Below are positions 25,952 through 37,072 of a stretch of DNA of 64,000 nucleotides, in pieces. The position numbers and the translations under genes are program-made. The stretch is from positions 1 to 64,000 of the forward strand of contig CM000431.1 of NCBI GenBank assembly GCA_000165345.1, in the 5' to 3' direction. The notes under the pieces are model-generated. The model saw nothing but the letters and a program-made list of their open reading frames with translations. It made no database searches and was not told the DNA's origin. Each line of letters begins with the position of its first letter. Position 1 is the first letter of the stretch.

Positions 25952-28111
25952 ATGATAGAATGTTTATTTTCTCCTGAAAAGCAGGAAACTGGTCGGAGAC
26001 AAATACTAAATGAAGAAAAGTTGAGAATTTTTGACACAAATATAAACATATCAAAATGTGAAACTGATTTTAGAAAAGGAAATAAAGAAAGGTCAGAAAG
26101 TTTGATTCATTTAGATCATGAAACTCACTGCATAAAAAATGATAAAATTCCAGATTTAGAAATTGAAATTTCAATTTCTGGGATAGGATCTTTTATGAGA
26201 ATTTTCGTTGTTGGAGTAATAGAGTATTGCAAGTTTCAAGAATCTCTTAAAGGGATTGATTTGGTGAAAATTGTGTCTATAGAAAATGTGGTAACTGAGC
26301 TGATGGATATTCTTAATTATCATAGTCTTGAAACCGGGAAAGGCTTTAGCTGTTTAGCTTATGTGAGAATTAAGGAAGAAAGATTTTTAGTATTTGGAAG
26401 GGATAGGTTTGGAGATTCAAGTTTAATAATTAGTGTAGGTAGTAGAGGAGAAGAGATCATCATTTCTAATATAGAAAGTGATCTTTTATCGTTTCAAGAG
26501 GATGTGCAATCAATTGAAGTGCCAGTAAATGGTATGTTTTTACTCGATCTATCAAAACTAGAGTTTAAATCCTTTCCATGGAAAGTAACTCCATCATATA
26601 TGACTTCTGGGTATTGGAATGAAGAAGGTCAAAAAACATTAGAATCATTAGAAGTAGACTCAAAAAGACTCTTGGAGTCACTAAGATTAGTTTTTGTCAA
26701 AGAAATGGAGAAAAGGCTAACTTTTGAAGTGTTTGATGATAAGGTTTTTGTATATATGGGCATGCTTTTTTCGGGTGGATTGGACTCTACTGTATTACTT
26801 TATTTGTTATTAGAATGGCTATTCTCAAACTTGGAACATTTAGAAAGTAATATTTTTAAGAGATTCTTTTCAAATAATCAATTTTCTGAAATTCAATTCA
26901 GTCAAGATAATTTGTTTTTCATTGTTGAATTAATCAATACAAGCTTTGCACCATGTGAAGCACCTGATAGATTAACAGGCTTAGCAAGCTACTATGAAAT
27001 ATTGGAATTATTTGAGAATTACCTAAGAAAATATAGAAATGTTTCAATAAGATTAATATGTGTAGATAATTCAGGGGATGCATTGACAAAAGAAGAAAAA
27101 AACATATTAAAATGTATAGCTCCATGTAAAACTCATTTAGATTTTAACATTGGAGGTGCTTTGTTTTTTGCATTAGGAGGAAAAGGGGTTTTAGTTGATA
27201 AAGAAAGTTTTAATGAAGAATGGTGGCAAGAAATAATTTTCGAAAATGAGGATTCAAGCATTTGGAATGGGATTTTTGAGAAAAAAGTTCCATTTTCTGA
27301 AGCTACTATTGAGTCCACTAAAAATAATGAATCTACAGAACACCCCAAAGACTCAAATTTTCAAAGAAAATGTCCATACTGCTCTTTTAGAGAGCATTCA
27401 AAGTGCCAAAACAAATGTTGTAAATCTTGTTGTAGAAAAATTCAACAAAATTTAATTAAACCAATTGGCGAAAGTTTTCCTGCATGTAGAATTCATAAGA
27501 TGAAGACAGCAGATTTCAGTAAGATCCCATCTACCCAAAGGTTTATTGACCCCAAAAATTACTATTTAAGTGAATTAAATATTGATAGAGTTTTGTTTCC
27601 ACAAGAAAAAGAGTATGTCAAAGGATTAATCATTGCTGAAGATAACAAATTGTTATATCGTTCAAAATCTAAGTTCCTAATTATAGGGAGTGGAGCCGAC
27701 GAATTCCTTGGAGGTTATGGTAGACACATTACAGCTAAAAAACATAACGGTTTACAAGGTATTAGAAAAGAAATGCTTTTTGATATTAACAGATTGTGGA
27801 TCCGAAACCTTGGAAGAGACTGCAGACTTGCCTTATTCAATAATAGGACGCTATTTGCAGTATTTTTACAACCAATTGTGATTGACTCAATCGGAAAATT
27901 GAGTTTTGAAAACATATGTGGGTCAAGATTTGAAGTTACCAAGCCTTTACTAAGGTTTATTGCCAACAAATTAGGAGTTCAATTTTCCTCAAAATTCAAG
28001 AAGAGAGCAGTTCAATTTGGAACTAGATCTTCTAGGCAAACTAACCTTAAGCATTTTGATAGTAATAGAAAAGCTACTGCTGATGCCACATACGTTCCTG
28101 TCAATATTTAG
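25952..28111 (+). CDS. Asparagine-synthetase-domain protein (PP-loop ATP pyrophosphatase, ASNSD1-like) with Cys-rich insertion
   Basis: PP-loop SGGLDS (FSGGLDSTVLLYLL) and downstream GADEFLGGYGRH, matching the AsnB C-terminal domain SGGLDSS...DELFGGY. Cys cluster CPYCSFREHSKCQNKCCKSCCRK lies between them. N-terminus MIECLF lacks the Cys2 nucleophile of class-II glutamine amidotransferases. Confidence 0.7.
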   Translation: MIECLFSPEKQETGRRQILNEEKLRIFDTNINISKCETDFRKGNKERSESLIHLDHETHCIKNDKIPDLEIEISISGIGSFMRIFVVGVIEYCKFQESLKGIDLVKIVSIENVVTELMDILNYHSLETGKGFSCLAYVRIKEERFLVFGRDRFGDSSLIISVGSRGEEIIISNIESDLLSFQEDVQSIEVPVNGMFLLDLSKLEFKSFPWKVTPSYMTSGYWNEEGQKTLESLEVDSKRLLESLRLVFVKEMEKRLTFEVFDDKVFVYMGMLFSGGLDSTVLLYLLLEWLFSNLEHLESNIFKRFFSNNQFSEIQFSQDNLFFIVELINTSFAPCEAPDRLTGLASYYEILELFENYLRKYRNVSIRLICVDNSGDALTKEEKNILKCIAPCKTHLDFNIGGALFFALGGKGVLVDKESFNEEWWQEIIFENEDSSIWNGIFEKKVPFSEATIESTKNNESTEHPKDSNFQRKCPYCSFREHSKCQNKCCKSCCRKIQQNLIKPIGESFPACRIHKMKTADFSKIPSTQRFIDPKNYYLSELNIDRVLFPQEKEYVKGLIIAEDNKLLYRSKSKFLIIGSGADEFLGGYGRHITAKKHNGLQGIRKEMLFDINRLWIRNLGRDCRLALFNNRTLFAVFLQPIVIDSIGKLSFENICGSRFEVTKPLLRFIANKLGVQFSSKFKKRAVQFGTRSSRQTNLKHFDSNRKATADATYVPVNI

Positions 28112-28314
28112 TTAAGCAAAAAAAAAACATGCAAACATGTGGCGCCAAAACCCCACAGTAATTATAATTTAACGGACAAAAATTACTAATAGAGAAGGTG
28201 AACTTGAATTTAATTTATATTGAATTCAAATAAATTGCCAAATCTTATGAGTATAATGAAAGTAGTTTAAGTAAGAGGTTGGAATTAAATTACATATACT
28301 ACGAATTATAACAC

Positions 28315-29001
28315 ATGGAAGCACATTCGATTATATCTAATGAAATTAGTGAAGAAATTCAGGATCTGAAGAATAAGCTTTTAGAATGGACTAGTGGAAT
28401 TAATGGGATGCTAGAACTAGGAGTGGAAAAGCTTAATGATCAGGTTTCTCGTGATATTAATATGATCAAGGACTCTAGTATTCGTATTGATGGATTGGAA
28501 AAACGAATCAAAGATACTCAAGAATTATCAGAAATCAAGAAAGTAGTTGAGATCGAGAAGGAAGAATTCAAGAAATGCTTCAATACTAATACTATCGCCC
28601 TTTCGGAGAAGTTGAAAAGACTAGAGAAACAACTTCAGGAAGATAGACAACGATTTGAACAAGAGAAACTGGTTTACGAGGCAGATTTGAAAGTGGCTAA
28701 GCAGCAATCTTTAGAGAGAGAAAAAAGTTGTAGAATCTATAGTGAAAATTTGGGTCTGAATATTGGAAAGGTGAATGGCAATAATAGATTTACTTTTACA
28801 TGCATAGACGAAAACTTTCCAGAAAGAGAGTTTTTTTTTGATTTATTTTATAATGAAAAAGCTCAGCTTTACGAAGGAATTTGTTGTAACCCACAAGTTA
28901 GTGATTTTGAACCCAATATTGAGCTGTTGAATTCAAAGTCAATCACATTCAGACAATTTATATGTAAAATGAGAAAGTCATTCAAACAATTAATAAAGTA
29001 G
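28315..29001 (+). CDS. SPC25: Spc25-like kinetochore protein (NDC80 complex): N-terminal coiled coil plus C-terminal RWD-like domain
   Basis: NLGLNIGKVNGNNRFTFTCIDENFPEREFFFDLFYNEKAQLYEG...FRQFICKMRKSF aligns with my recollection of human SPC25 ([44 protein letters not shown]...FSAFLANVRKAF). Size (228 aa) and architecture fit. Confidence 0.6.
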   Translation: MEAHSIISNEISEEIQDLKNKLLEWTSGINGMLELGVEKLNDQVSRDINMIKDSSIRIDGLEKRIKDTQELSEIKKVVEIEKEEFKKCFNTNTIALSEKLKRLEKQLQEDRQRFEQEKLVYEADLKVAKQQSLEREKSCRIYSENLGLNIGKVNGNNRFTFTCIDENFPEREFFFDLFYNEKAQLYEGICCNPQVSDFEPNIELLNSKSITFRQFICKMRKSFKQLIK

Positions 29002-29063
29002 TTTTATTGCTTTATCTTATAAGTATAATAATCTAAAATATAAAAGTATTAATCTCTTCTACT

Positions 29064-30170
29064 TTATCTTGTTTTTACTAGTTGGATTACATCCTCATCT
29101 TGAAGTTTATGAGACAATCCTACGCATTGTGGATTATGTTTAACACTAGTTCCCCAGACTAGTGCATGCTTGAATTCGTTAATTAAGTCCTTGTGGATTA
29201 ATTTTACTGCAGTTTCTACATTTATCACTCCTCTTTGTGGAGTCATGATTAATGGGTCTGAAAAATCTGGGAATTCGCCTTTTTTCTTAGTGTATAATCT
29301 AACCAGTCCTAGTTTCCCCCAAATCTGCTCTACTAAAGTGTCTAAATTCCATCTCTTTTGAGATGATATCACAACACTATTTGGTTGACGTGCTAACTCA
29401 TCAATCTCACTTAACTTTAAATTATCTATTTTGTTATGAACATACAAACAAGGAACATATCTTCTATTGCCTTCGATGCAATCAATAAACTCATCAACTG
29501 TACAATCTTCCTTAATTAAAACATCAGCATTATAGATCTTATACTCATTCAATATGCTAACTACCATCTTATTATCCAAATGAGTTAAAGGCACTGTTGA
29601 ATTAAAAGTTACTCCTCCAATTTTTTTAGGTTTAACAACAATCTGTGGAGGTTTCTTATTTAACCTAATCCCAATGGCTTCAAGCTCATACTCTAGCTTT
29701 CTTCTTTGAGAATCATCCTTTGTTGAGTCTATTACCATTAATACTAAATCAGCTGAATGAGCCACAGCTATTACTTGGCGGCCTCTACCTCGTCCAGTTG
29801 CAGCCCCTTCAATAATTCCTGGTAGATCCAAAAGTTGAATCTTAGCTTCATTGTATTTCATAATACCTGGAACACATGTTAAAGTCGTAAATTCGTAGGC
29901 TGCCACTGCTGTTTCTGTTCCAGTTAATTCATGCATTAATGTTGACTTACCCACAGATGGAAACCCTATCAATATTACTCTTGCATCGCCTTGTTTAGCA
30001 ACATCAAACCCTTCACCTTTACCTTTACCTCCACTTCCTGCTTCTATTAATTCTGTTTTTAGTTTCGCCAGCTGAGCCTTTAAACGTCCTAAATGGTACT
30101 CAGTCTTCTTGTTCTTTTGAGTTCTGGCCATTTCGGCCTCTATATCTGCAATCCTCTCCAAAATACCCAT
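29064..30170 (-). CDS. DRG: Developmentally regulated GTP-binding protein (DRG1/2, Obg family, C-terminal TGS domain)
   Basis: MGILERIADIEAEMARTQKNK...; G1 GFPSVGKST; G3 DLPG; TGS-like C-terminus. Full-length match to the DRG family. Confidence 0.92.
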   Translation of the reverse strand: MGILERIADIEAEMARTQKNKKTEYHLGRLKAQLAKLKTELIEAGSGGKGKGEGFDVAKQGDARVILIGFPSVGKSTLMHELTGTETAVAAYEFTTLTCVPGIMKYNEAKIQLLDLPGIIEGAATGRGRGRQVIAVAHSADLVLMVIDSTKDDSQRRKLEYELEAIGIRLNKKPPQIVVKPKKIGGVTFNSTVPLTHLDNKMVVSILNEYKIYNADVLIKEDCTVDEFIDCIEGNRRYVPCLYVHNKIDNLKLSEIDELARQPNSVVISSQKRWNLDTLVEQIWGKLGLVRLYTKKKGEFPDFSDPLIMTPQRGVINVETAVKLIHKDLINEFKHALVWGTSVKHNPQCVGLSHKLQDEDVIQLVKTR

Positions 30171-30560
30171 TTTTTCTCAAATAATTAAATATTAATATTT
30201 ACCTCTTAAACTTCCCTACTTTCAAGTATTAACTCAAACCTTAAATAATTTATTTTTTTCTAAATACTAATTCATAACATCCAATTTTTGCTTTTTTTTT
30301 TTATTTCTTCTATTCCATAATATTTGTTACAGAAAACTATAGTTACCTGAACAGGCGCCAAACCTGCACAATAAATACAGCAAATTGTGTATTTTCTAGA
30401 ACTTGAAAAAAAGAGTTTAAACAACTATTATTAGTGCTTGTGATGTAACTTAATTGTAATTTTTACTAATACTTTTGAATTCCTTTTTTAGACAAAATTA
30501 AATCTCCAAAAAATTTTGGATCTTTTCATAATTAAGCAAAGCAATTAATTTATTAAAGCA

Positions 30561-33500
30561 ATGACAAAACTTTGTGAGGAGGATGAAATCAATAGAGAAA
30601 TATTGAGTTACTCTAATGAAAATGATTATCTTTCTGATATTAATAATCTAATTGATTTGATTCATGGAAAGTTGGTATTTTACAAAGAAATTGAATGCAA
30701 TGAATATAAAAAGATCGCTAAAGACTTTTTAAAAAGAATAGATAAGTATCAGGAACAACCATATGTCCTGGATACATACTTAGAAAAGATATGTTATCCT
30801 CTTTCAAACTGTATTGCAGAGTTTCTTGAAAATAATAGCCTTGTTTTACATAACACGGTTTTATCTATAAATAAATATCAGGAAGAGAATATTAATTCTA
30901 ACTCCCAACAAACATTAAGAATTACAGAAGATTTAGACGTAAATATTGATAGAAGACACCAGAAAAATATTCTTCGACTTTCTGACTGTATTTACAATCT
31001 TTGTAAAATCAGAGGACCAAAAGTTATTTCTTTATACTTTCCTAGTAATGTTAATTTTCTTGAGGTTGTGATAGATTACATTTCCCTAAGAGAGAAATAT
31101 CAATTAAATCTAGAATGTAATCATGAATCAAATTCAAATCTAGTCTTGGATTCTAGTATGGATCTGAATTATAATGAAGAATTTGAGGATTTGAATAGTC
31201 TAGATGATCAAGATAACTGGTATTTCATATACGTTCTATATGTCTGGCTGTCAACTCTGGTATTAATACCATTTTCTTTTGAAGTTCTGGATTCTAAATA
31301 TATGTTAAAAGAAAGCCATCTCTTTCTTAGAATACTTGAGAATGTAATTCCAAAGATTTTAGAAAATAAATATTGTATTACAAATGAAGCAGCTTCAATT
31401 GTATTTGCAAAGATTACATGTAGAACTGATTTTATTTTACTTTGGAAAAATACCAACAATAAATTCAGTATTCTATTGAGTAAAGGAATGGATGAAACTC
31501 CTGATTCTCTTGGGATTTTAATTTGGATGAAATATCTAATCAAACTTGCACCGATAGAAAGTATTGAAATTTTTATTGATCAAATTATTAAATATCTTAA
31601 TATTCCAAATAACCCTGAGAGCTCACAGAATTCACAAAATCTGCATGATAGAATATATAATTCTTATAAATCTACAAGCTGTAGAACAATATGTATTACG
31701 AGATTAATAATAAGATGTATTCAAAATGATGTCCTCTTAAAACACTTTACTGATTTTGAAAATATTCTAAATTGGACTTTGGACTTCTTATTAGAACAAA
31801 ATAAAAGTGAAAATAATCTTTTAAGACACACAAGTTCAAAATGTATCGCAAAGATTTTAAATTCAATTCAAGGAAATAATAGAGCTAAAGAAATACTCAA
31901 TGATATCTTAATGCTAAACAAAGAAAAAGAGGAAAATCTTGAAAGAATTGAAATATTTAAAAAACTTTCTCCAAATGAATTAGAAGGGAAGTGTCTCACT
32001 ATAGCTGAACTTCTCAGATCGCGTCTAACTTTTTTTTTTGAGCATTACCTTCCTGAAATCTTAGAATTTCTTCAGTATTGCTTGAATTATGAATATTGGA
32101 TTGGAAATAGAAGCTTTGGAGTGCAAATACGTGATTCAGCATGTTATATAATTTGGAGCTTAGCTAGAGGGGTACCACCCAAAGTTTTAAAACCTTATTC
32201 TAATAAAATAATATCATCAATTATACCTTTAACGGTATTTGATTCACAAATCAATGGTAGAAGATCATCTTGTGCTGCACTCCAAGAATTAATAGGTAGA
32301 ATTGGAGGTGAAAATGTACCATTTGGAATTTCAATTGTAACAATTGCCGATTTCTTTAGTATTTCATCGATAAAATCTTCATTCCTTGATGTTTCAACTC
32401 GAATTGGATCTTTGGACACAACGAATAATGATGATCTAGGATCGCAGGTATTACCAAATTATAAATTTAAAAAATATGGTAATTTGGAAGAATCAGAGAA
32501 TTCAATATATCCTTTCGCAACAATCCTATCTGACTACCTTGTCCAAAATGTATTTATTCACCCCAATATTAAATTTAGGCTTTTATCAGCAATTGCCTTA
32601 AGTAAACTGGTTCCTTATTGCCACCATTTTTGTTTTTTCAACATTCTTCCACATGTTTCAAAATTGAGTACAAGTCAAAACAATGGTGTTGATTTAAGCA
32701 GTTGGAATAAGGATCTTAATATATTCAGTTCAAATAGTATCTTTAGACATTCATCATTACTAATTATTTCAGTCCTTATATCAAAAGGAAAAATACTAAA
32801 ATCCAAGGGTATCACTTTTTGGGATTTGTTTGTTAAACCCATACAAAAGGATGAAAATACAAGGAATGGTTTTATTAAGGAGACTCCAATTTCCAAGAAT
32901 TCAAATTTAATTCCTGCGGAATTCACATGGAGTGATTATATTAGAAACATCCCTATATTAATAGAGAAAGAAAGGTTATATAGAGGAAAAGGAGGCGATT
33001 TAACGAGGAAAGGAGTTCTCAATTTGATAGTTTCCTTATCTAAATCTACTGAAATTATTCAATTCAAGAAAGCTACATTTTCTAGATTCCTCCAAACAAT
33101 TTGCGAATCAATTAGACATTTAAGCTTTTCAATCCAGATTTCTGGATGCTCTGCATTAGATGCAATCATTAAGTGGAGAATGACAAAATCTAAAGATTCT
33201 CCAGAATTTCTTGAAATTAAGAAACTTTTGACAGATTTTGTTCAAGCTCTAAGCTCTGATACAACAGATATTCACATAATGGCTCTAAGAGGAATTATTC
33301 TTTCAATAGGTATTATCTTCCCTCATGTAGTGAATTTAATTGAAGAAACTTTGATTAATGATATTGCCAACTGCTTAGTTGGAATATTTAATAAAGACAA
33401 GTTAATCCTGAGCAATGATGAGGGGGCAAATAATACTTTAAACGAGCCCATAGAATCTTTTAATGAATTAATTTTTTCATCAAAGTACGATGTTGAGTGT

Positions 33501-34973
33501 AGAAGAAACTCGATTTGGTCGCTTGGAGTCATTTGTTATTGTATTATTGGTACTGAAATATCTTCAAAGAATATGATATTAGATCTATGTCATAATACTC
33601 TAGTTCAAGGTTGCTTTGATTATTCAACAGATAAAAGAGGTGATGTCGGATCATGGATTCGTGAGCTTTCAATGGAAACTATAGCATGCTTATATTACAA
33701 TAACGTATTTATAGATGACTCAAAGTATGAAAAAATCCTTCCTGCATTTGTATTCAATATATTCAACTATTCTGACAAGCTAAGAGTTAAAGCAATTTTA
33801 TTACTTTGGAAAATTTTGTACTTGCACTTTACAAACTCAGATTCCATACAAGGTAACTCCATTGAATACACGAATATAAATATGTACTGGATTTACTACC
33901 GTATTTTTCATGGAATTCCTTTTGAACTTTTTGAGATCTGTCAAATCAAAGAAATGAAAGAAATTAAGCTAGAGAACCTTTGTGAAAAGAATTCATTAAA
34001 ATACAGACTGTTTGAATCTTGCCAGCTTATCTTGCATGACGTACTTAAGGACTATGCACTGATACACAGTAAAAACTATATTGATGAACTTAAAACATTT
34101 TTCGCTACTAAAAGCAATCCACTTAACTTGGGATGTTATTATTTTGACATGTTAGACTCTATTGAAAAAGTCCCACACTCATTATATCCCTATCTAGACT
34201 TTGAAAACCAATTTTTATTTTGTCTTTCAAATAGAAATTTTCAAATCTTGTCAAGTTCCAGTACAAATATATTTAAAAACTGCCTTTTCCCATTTATCCT
34301 TGAAGAAAAACTGCAAAGGTCAGCCTTACTTGGATTAACAAACTGGATTAGTCATTCTTCTTCAATGAGTTCATCATCATCATCAATTAATCCCTACCAA
34401 GCCATAAACTATGAGCTAAATGTCTTTTTGAAGTCAACTAGTGATTTCTCTGCAGCTACCATTTCAATTTTCTATAATATTGAAAAACTTTTAAGGCTTC
34501 TTTCTACATGCAATCAAGATGCCGCCTTTTTATGCGGATGCATGACTTTGCATGTACTACAATTTATTTTGGTATTGCTTACGTGGGAAATTTTCCCGCA
34601 AGAAAAAACAGTCATGAGAGGGATTCTTACTACAATTTTACAGGTTCTAGGAAATACAAAAGATTTTCAAATAATTAAGATTTCTTCTGCGGTTTTGGTA
34701 CATTTTTCGTTTAGTATACAAGTATCAGAAGATGACGAGTTGGCTCAGAAAGCAATGGAATCTCTTTCAGACCTAGTTTCCCATCAATATCCTAATATTA
34801 GGGCATACACAACTGACTATATTTACAATAATGTGTGCCATATTCAGTCATCCAAAAAGATTGAGTCTATACTTGAGTATATTAGAGAAACAAACTGGAC
34901 ACAAAGTTATAGCAAAGAAGAGTTGGAGAAGATAAAAATACAATTTAGAGATTTGTGTCAGCTAGAAAATTAA
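30561..34973 (+). CDS. TBCD: Tubulin-folding cofactor D (TBCD), HEAT/ARM repeat protein
   Basis: IRDSACYIIWSLARG...VFDSQINGRRSSCAALQELIGRIGGENVPFGISIVTIADFF is collinear with human TBCD VRDAACYVCWAFARAY...[39 protein letters not shown] (from memory). Confidence 0.8.
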   Translation: MTKLCEEDEINREILSYSNENDYLSDINNLIDLIHGKLVFYKEIECNEYKKIAKDFLKRIDKYQEQPYVLDTYLEKICYPLSNCIAEFLENNSLVLHNTVLSINKYQEENINSNSQQTLRITEDLDVNIDRRHQKNILRLSDCIYNLCKIRGPKVISLYFPSNVNFLEVVIDYISLREKYQLNLECNHESNSNLVLDSSMDLNYNEEFEDLNSLDDQDNWYFIYVLYVWLSTLVLIPFSFEVLDSKYMLKESHLFLRILENVIPKILENKYCITNEAASIVFAKITCRTDFILLWKNTNNKFSILLSKGMDETPDSLGILIWMKYLIKLAPIESIEIFIDQIIKYLNIPNNPESSQNSQNLHDRIYNSYKSTSCRTICITRLIIRCIQNDVLLKHFTDFENILNWTLDFLLEQNKSENNLLRHTSSKCIAKILNSIQGNNRAKEILNDILMLNKEKEENLERIEIFKKLSPNELEGKCLTIAELLRSRLTFFFEHYLPEILEFLQYCLNYEYWIGNRSFGVQIRDSACYIIWSLARGVPPKVLKPYSNKIISSIIPLTVFDSQINGRRSSCAALQELIGRIGGENVPFGISIVTIADFFSISSIKSSFLDVSTRIGSLDTTNNDDLGSQVLPNYKFKKYGNLEESENSIYPFATILSDYLVQNVFIHPNIKFRLLSAIALSKLVPYCHHFCFFNILPHVSKLSTSQNNGVDLSSWNKDLNIFSSNSIFRHSSLLIISVLISKGKILKSKGITFWDLFVKPIQKDENTRNGFIKETPISKNSNLIPAEFTWSDYIRNIPILIEKERLYRGKGGDLTRKGVLNLIVSLSKSTEIIQFKKATFSRFLQTICESIRHLSFSIQISGCSALDAIIKWRMTKSKDSPEFLEIKKLLTDFVQALSSDTTDIHIMALRGIILSIGIIFPHVVNLIEETLINDIANCLVGIFNKDKLILSNDEGANNTLNEPIESFNELIFSSKYDVECRRNSIWSLGVICYCIIGTEISSKNMILDLCHNTLVQGCFDYSTDKRGDVGSWIRELSMETIACLYYNNVFIDDSKYEKILPAFVFNIFNYSDKLRVKAILLLWKILYLHFTNSDSIQGNSIEYTNINMYWIYYRIFHGIPFELFEICQIKEMKEIKLENLCEKNSLKYRLFESCQLILHDVLKDYALIHSKNYIDELKTFFATKSNPLNLGCYYFDMLDSIEKVPHSLYPYLDFENQFLFCLSNRNFQILSSSSTNIFKNCLFPFILEEKLQRSALLGLTNWISHSSSMSSSSSSINPYQAINYELNVFLKSTSDFSAATISIFYNIEKLLRLLSTCNQDAAFLCGCMTLHVLQFILVLLTWEIFPQEKTVMRGILTTILQVLGNTKDFQIIKISSAVLVHFSFSIQVSEDDELAQKAMESLSDLVSHQYPNIRAYTTDYIYNNVCHIQSSKKIESILEYIRETNWTQSYSKEELEKIKIQFRDLCQLEN

Positions 34974-35163
34974 TACATACTTATGTGGGCTTAAATCGTA
35001 TCATTCAATAGCTTCTTTTTCGGGTATTAACATTTGTAATTAAAGAAGAATCGTCTCCGGCCATTATCTTGTACGTGTGTACACACAGAGCGTTGGAAAA
35101 TTTAAAGTTTAAAAATAAGTTTAATAACTAATTAATCATTTTAAGGGACCATAATATACAAAT

Positions 35164-36642
35164 ATGGTATTATTTCAATGGCAAAGTGAATATGAGTACC
35201 TTTTACATCGAATATGTGACTTGCTAGACCAGTGTAAACAAATGGGGTTTCTACACATTTCAACTGATTATAGAAATGTTTTTACTTCCAATTCAACATT
35301 CCAGAATTATATTTTAATTGGGAGTAGCTCAATGAGGGAGTTTATGAAAGAAATGATTGAGAAGATGACCCCTTTTTATACTCCAGGAATACTTAGTTAT
35401 TTAGCAGCTTGCTGCGTAGATGATATTAACTTGTCACATCTATTTTCTCTCCTTAGGCTTCACAATATTATGGAATATTACCCAAAATCAATAAACGAAC
35501 ACAAACAAAGAGCAACCATTCTAACGGCCATTTTTGGAGAGTTATATGCAATTAAAAATGATTTTGAGGAAGGGAAGCTCAAGCTCAATGATTTTAAAAG
35601 AGGTCATGTGAATAACTCGGAAAATGAACAAAGTATTGAATTACTGAAAATGACAATTAATCAACTTGGAGGGCTGATATTAGATTCAGGAAGAGATAGA
35701 GCAACATTTATTAAAGAGGCATTTTGCGCCCCTTCTTTTGCTCCCCCAAAGTCTGATATTTTTTCAATAAACAATGATGAATTACTTAATAATCACCTCC
35801 AAACACAGGTGATGGTCAACAGAGTTTCCAATGTTAATAAAGGTGATCCATTATTAGTTTCTGCCCTGCTCTGCGGTTCATCATTATCAATCTGGCAAAG
35901 AATTCACCTATTATATGATCCTGATAGAAATCAAGCCAAAGACTCTATTGTATATGCAGTTATATATGCAGCTCCACTTATGGATAGAATGAGACAGTTA
36001 GTATTCACATCTCTTCTCCAATCATTTTGTAGACCTCAGTGGTGTAATAGCCTTTTACCTCAGCTTTCAGACAAAATGAGAAGGTTCAACAATCAGAACA
36101 CTGAAATTATTCAGCTTATTGTTCGTGGATTTCTACTTTCTGGAGTGACTATTTGGTCATATGAATCTCCTCAGCAAATTTATGATATCAGTACATCATG
36201 TGCTCTTACTGCGAGGGAAAAGGATGCGCTTTTGAAAATCTTTAGACTGGTTGATGAAAAAGCTCTTGCCCAAGAATCTCTTGAAGAGTCATCGATTGCC
36301 CCCTCTTTTGAATCTGTCATTAGGGAACTTTCTAGGCAGTTTTATACTAGTTCAAATTGGGATATAGATGATACCGGGTTTGTTAAATCTCTAAATGAAA
36401 GGCAATCTTATAATAAACTAGGAAACTCCATTGAGGGCGCTCTCAAACTCGCTGAAACTGACTACGAGTTTATGCATCGCCCTCTCAATATTGTCTCCGA
36501 CAGAGTCAAGTTCTATCAAGCAATGCAGCACTTCCAAGCAAATCTGAATGACCCCCTGGCATCGTTTGAGTCTAAATCAGATGCATTGATACAACTTTCA
36601 TCATTTGAAGATATTGAGGCTAATTTATTTAATGTTAACTGA
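35164..36642 (+). CDS. Hypothetical conserved-looking protein, 492 aa, no family recognised
   Basis: ATG at 35164. Long ORF in AT-rich DNA with balanced composition. Confidence 0.5.
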   Translation: MVLFQWQSEYEYLLHRICDLLDQCKQMGFLHISTDYRNVFTSNSTFQNYILIGSSSMREFMKEMIEKMTPFYTPGILSYLAACCVDDINLSHLFSLLRLHNIMEYYPKSINEHKQRATILTAIFGELYAIKNDFEEGKLKLNDFKRGHVNNSENEQSIELLKMTINQLGGLILDSGRDRATFIKEAFCAPSFAPPKSDIFSINNDELLNNHLQTQVMVNRVSNVNKGDPLLVSALLCGSSLSIWQRIHLLYDPDRNQAKDSIVYAVIYAAPLMDRMRQLVFTSLLQSFCRPQWCNSLLPQLSDKMRRFNNQNTEIIQLIVRGFLLSGVTIWSYESPQQIYDISTSCALTAREKDALLKIFRLVDEKALAQESLEESSIAPSFESVIRELSRQFYTSSNWDIDDTGFVKSLNERQSYNKLGNSIEGALKLAETDYEFMHRPLNIVSDRVKFYQAMQHFQANLNDPLASFESKSDALIQLSSFEDIEANLFNVN

Positions 36643-37072
36643 ATTAATTAGAACATATTTATTAAAAAAAATGTTTAAATATACATCAACTTAATATATA
36701 AAATACTAAATATCTCTATTATATTCTATAAGCCAACCTCCCACATATTATTTACTTATTATTTTAAATTTCCTTTATCTTGTTAATTGACATAATTTAG
36801 CTTTGAATAATCTTTTGCATGCAGTCAGCGCCAACTATTTGGCGCCTGACGAGTAACGTAAATTTGTTATTAGGAGGGGTGATGGATTTAAAGGATACGA
36901 GGGAAAATAGAGAAATACTTTGTTTATTTAAAAAAAAAGACTACTCTTAAGAATTAATGAAGCATTAATGTGTGTGAGAAGTTTTTACTAAAAAGGTATA
37001 GTAGTGGTATTCTTTGATTTAGCTTGGAAAGAGAATCTGCTCTTGAAAAGGCTAAGGCAATAAGGGACTAAC

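Noticed and set aside
35081-35100. TGTACGTGTGTACACAC near-palindrome upstream of the 35164 gene
   Set aside because: Not a true inverted repeat on checking the reverse complement. Single occurrence.
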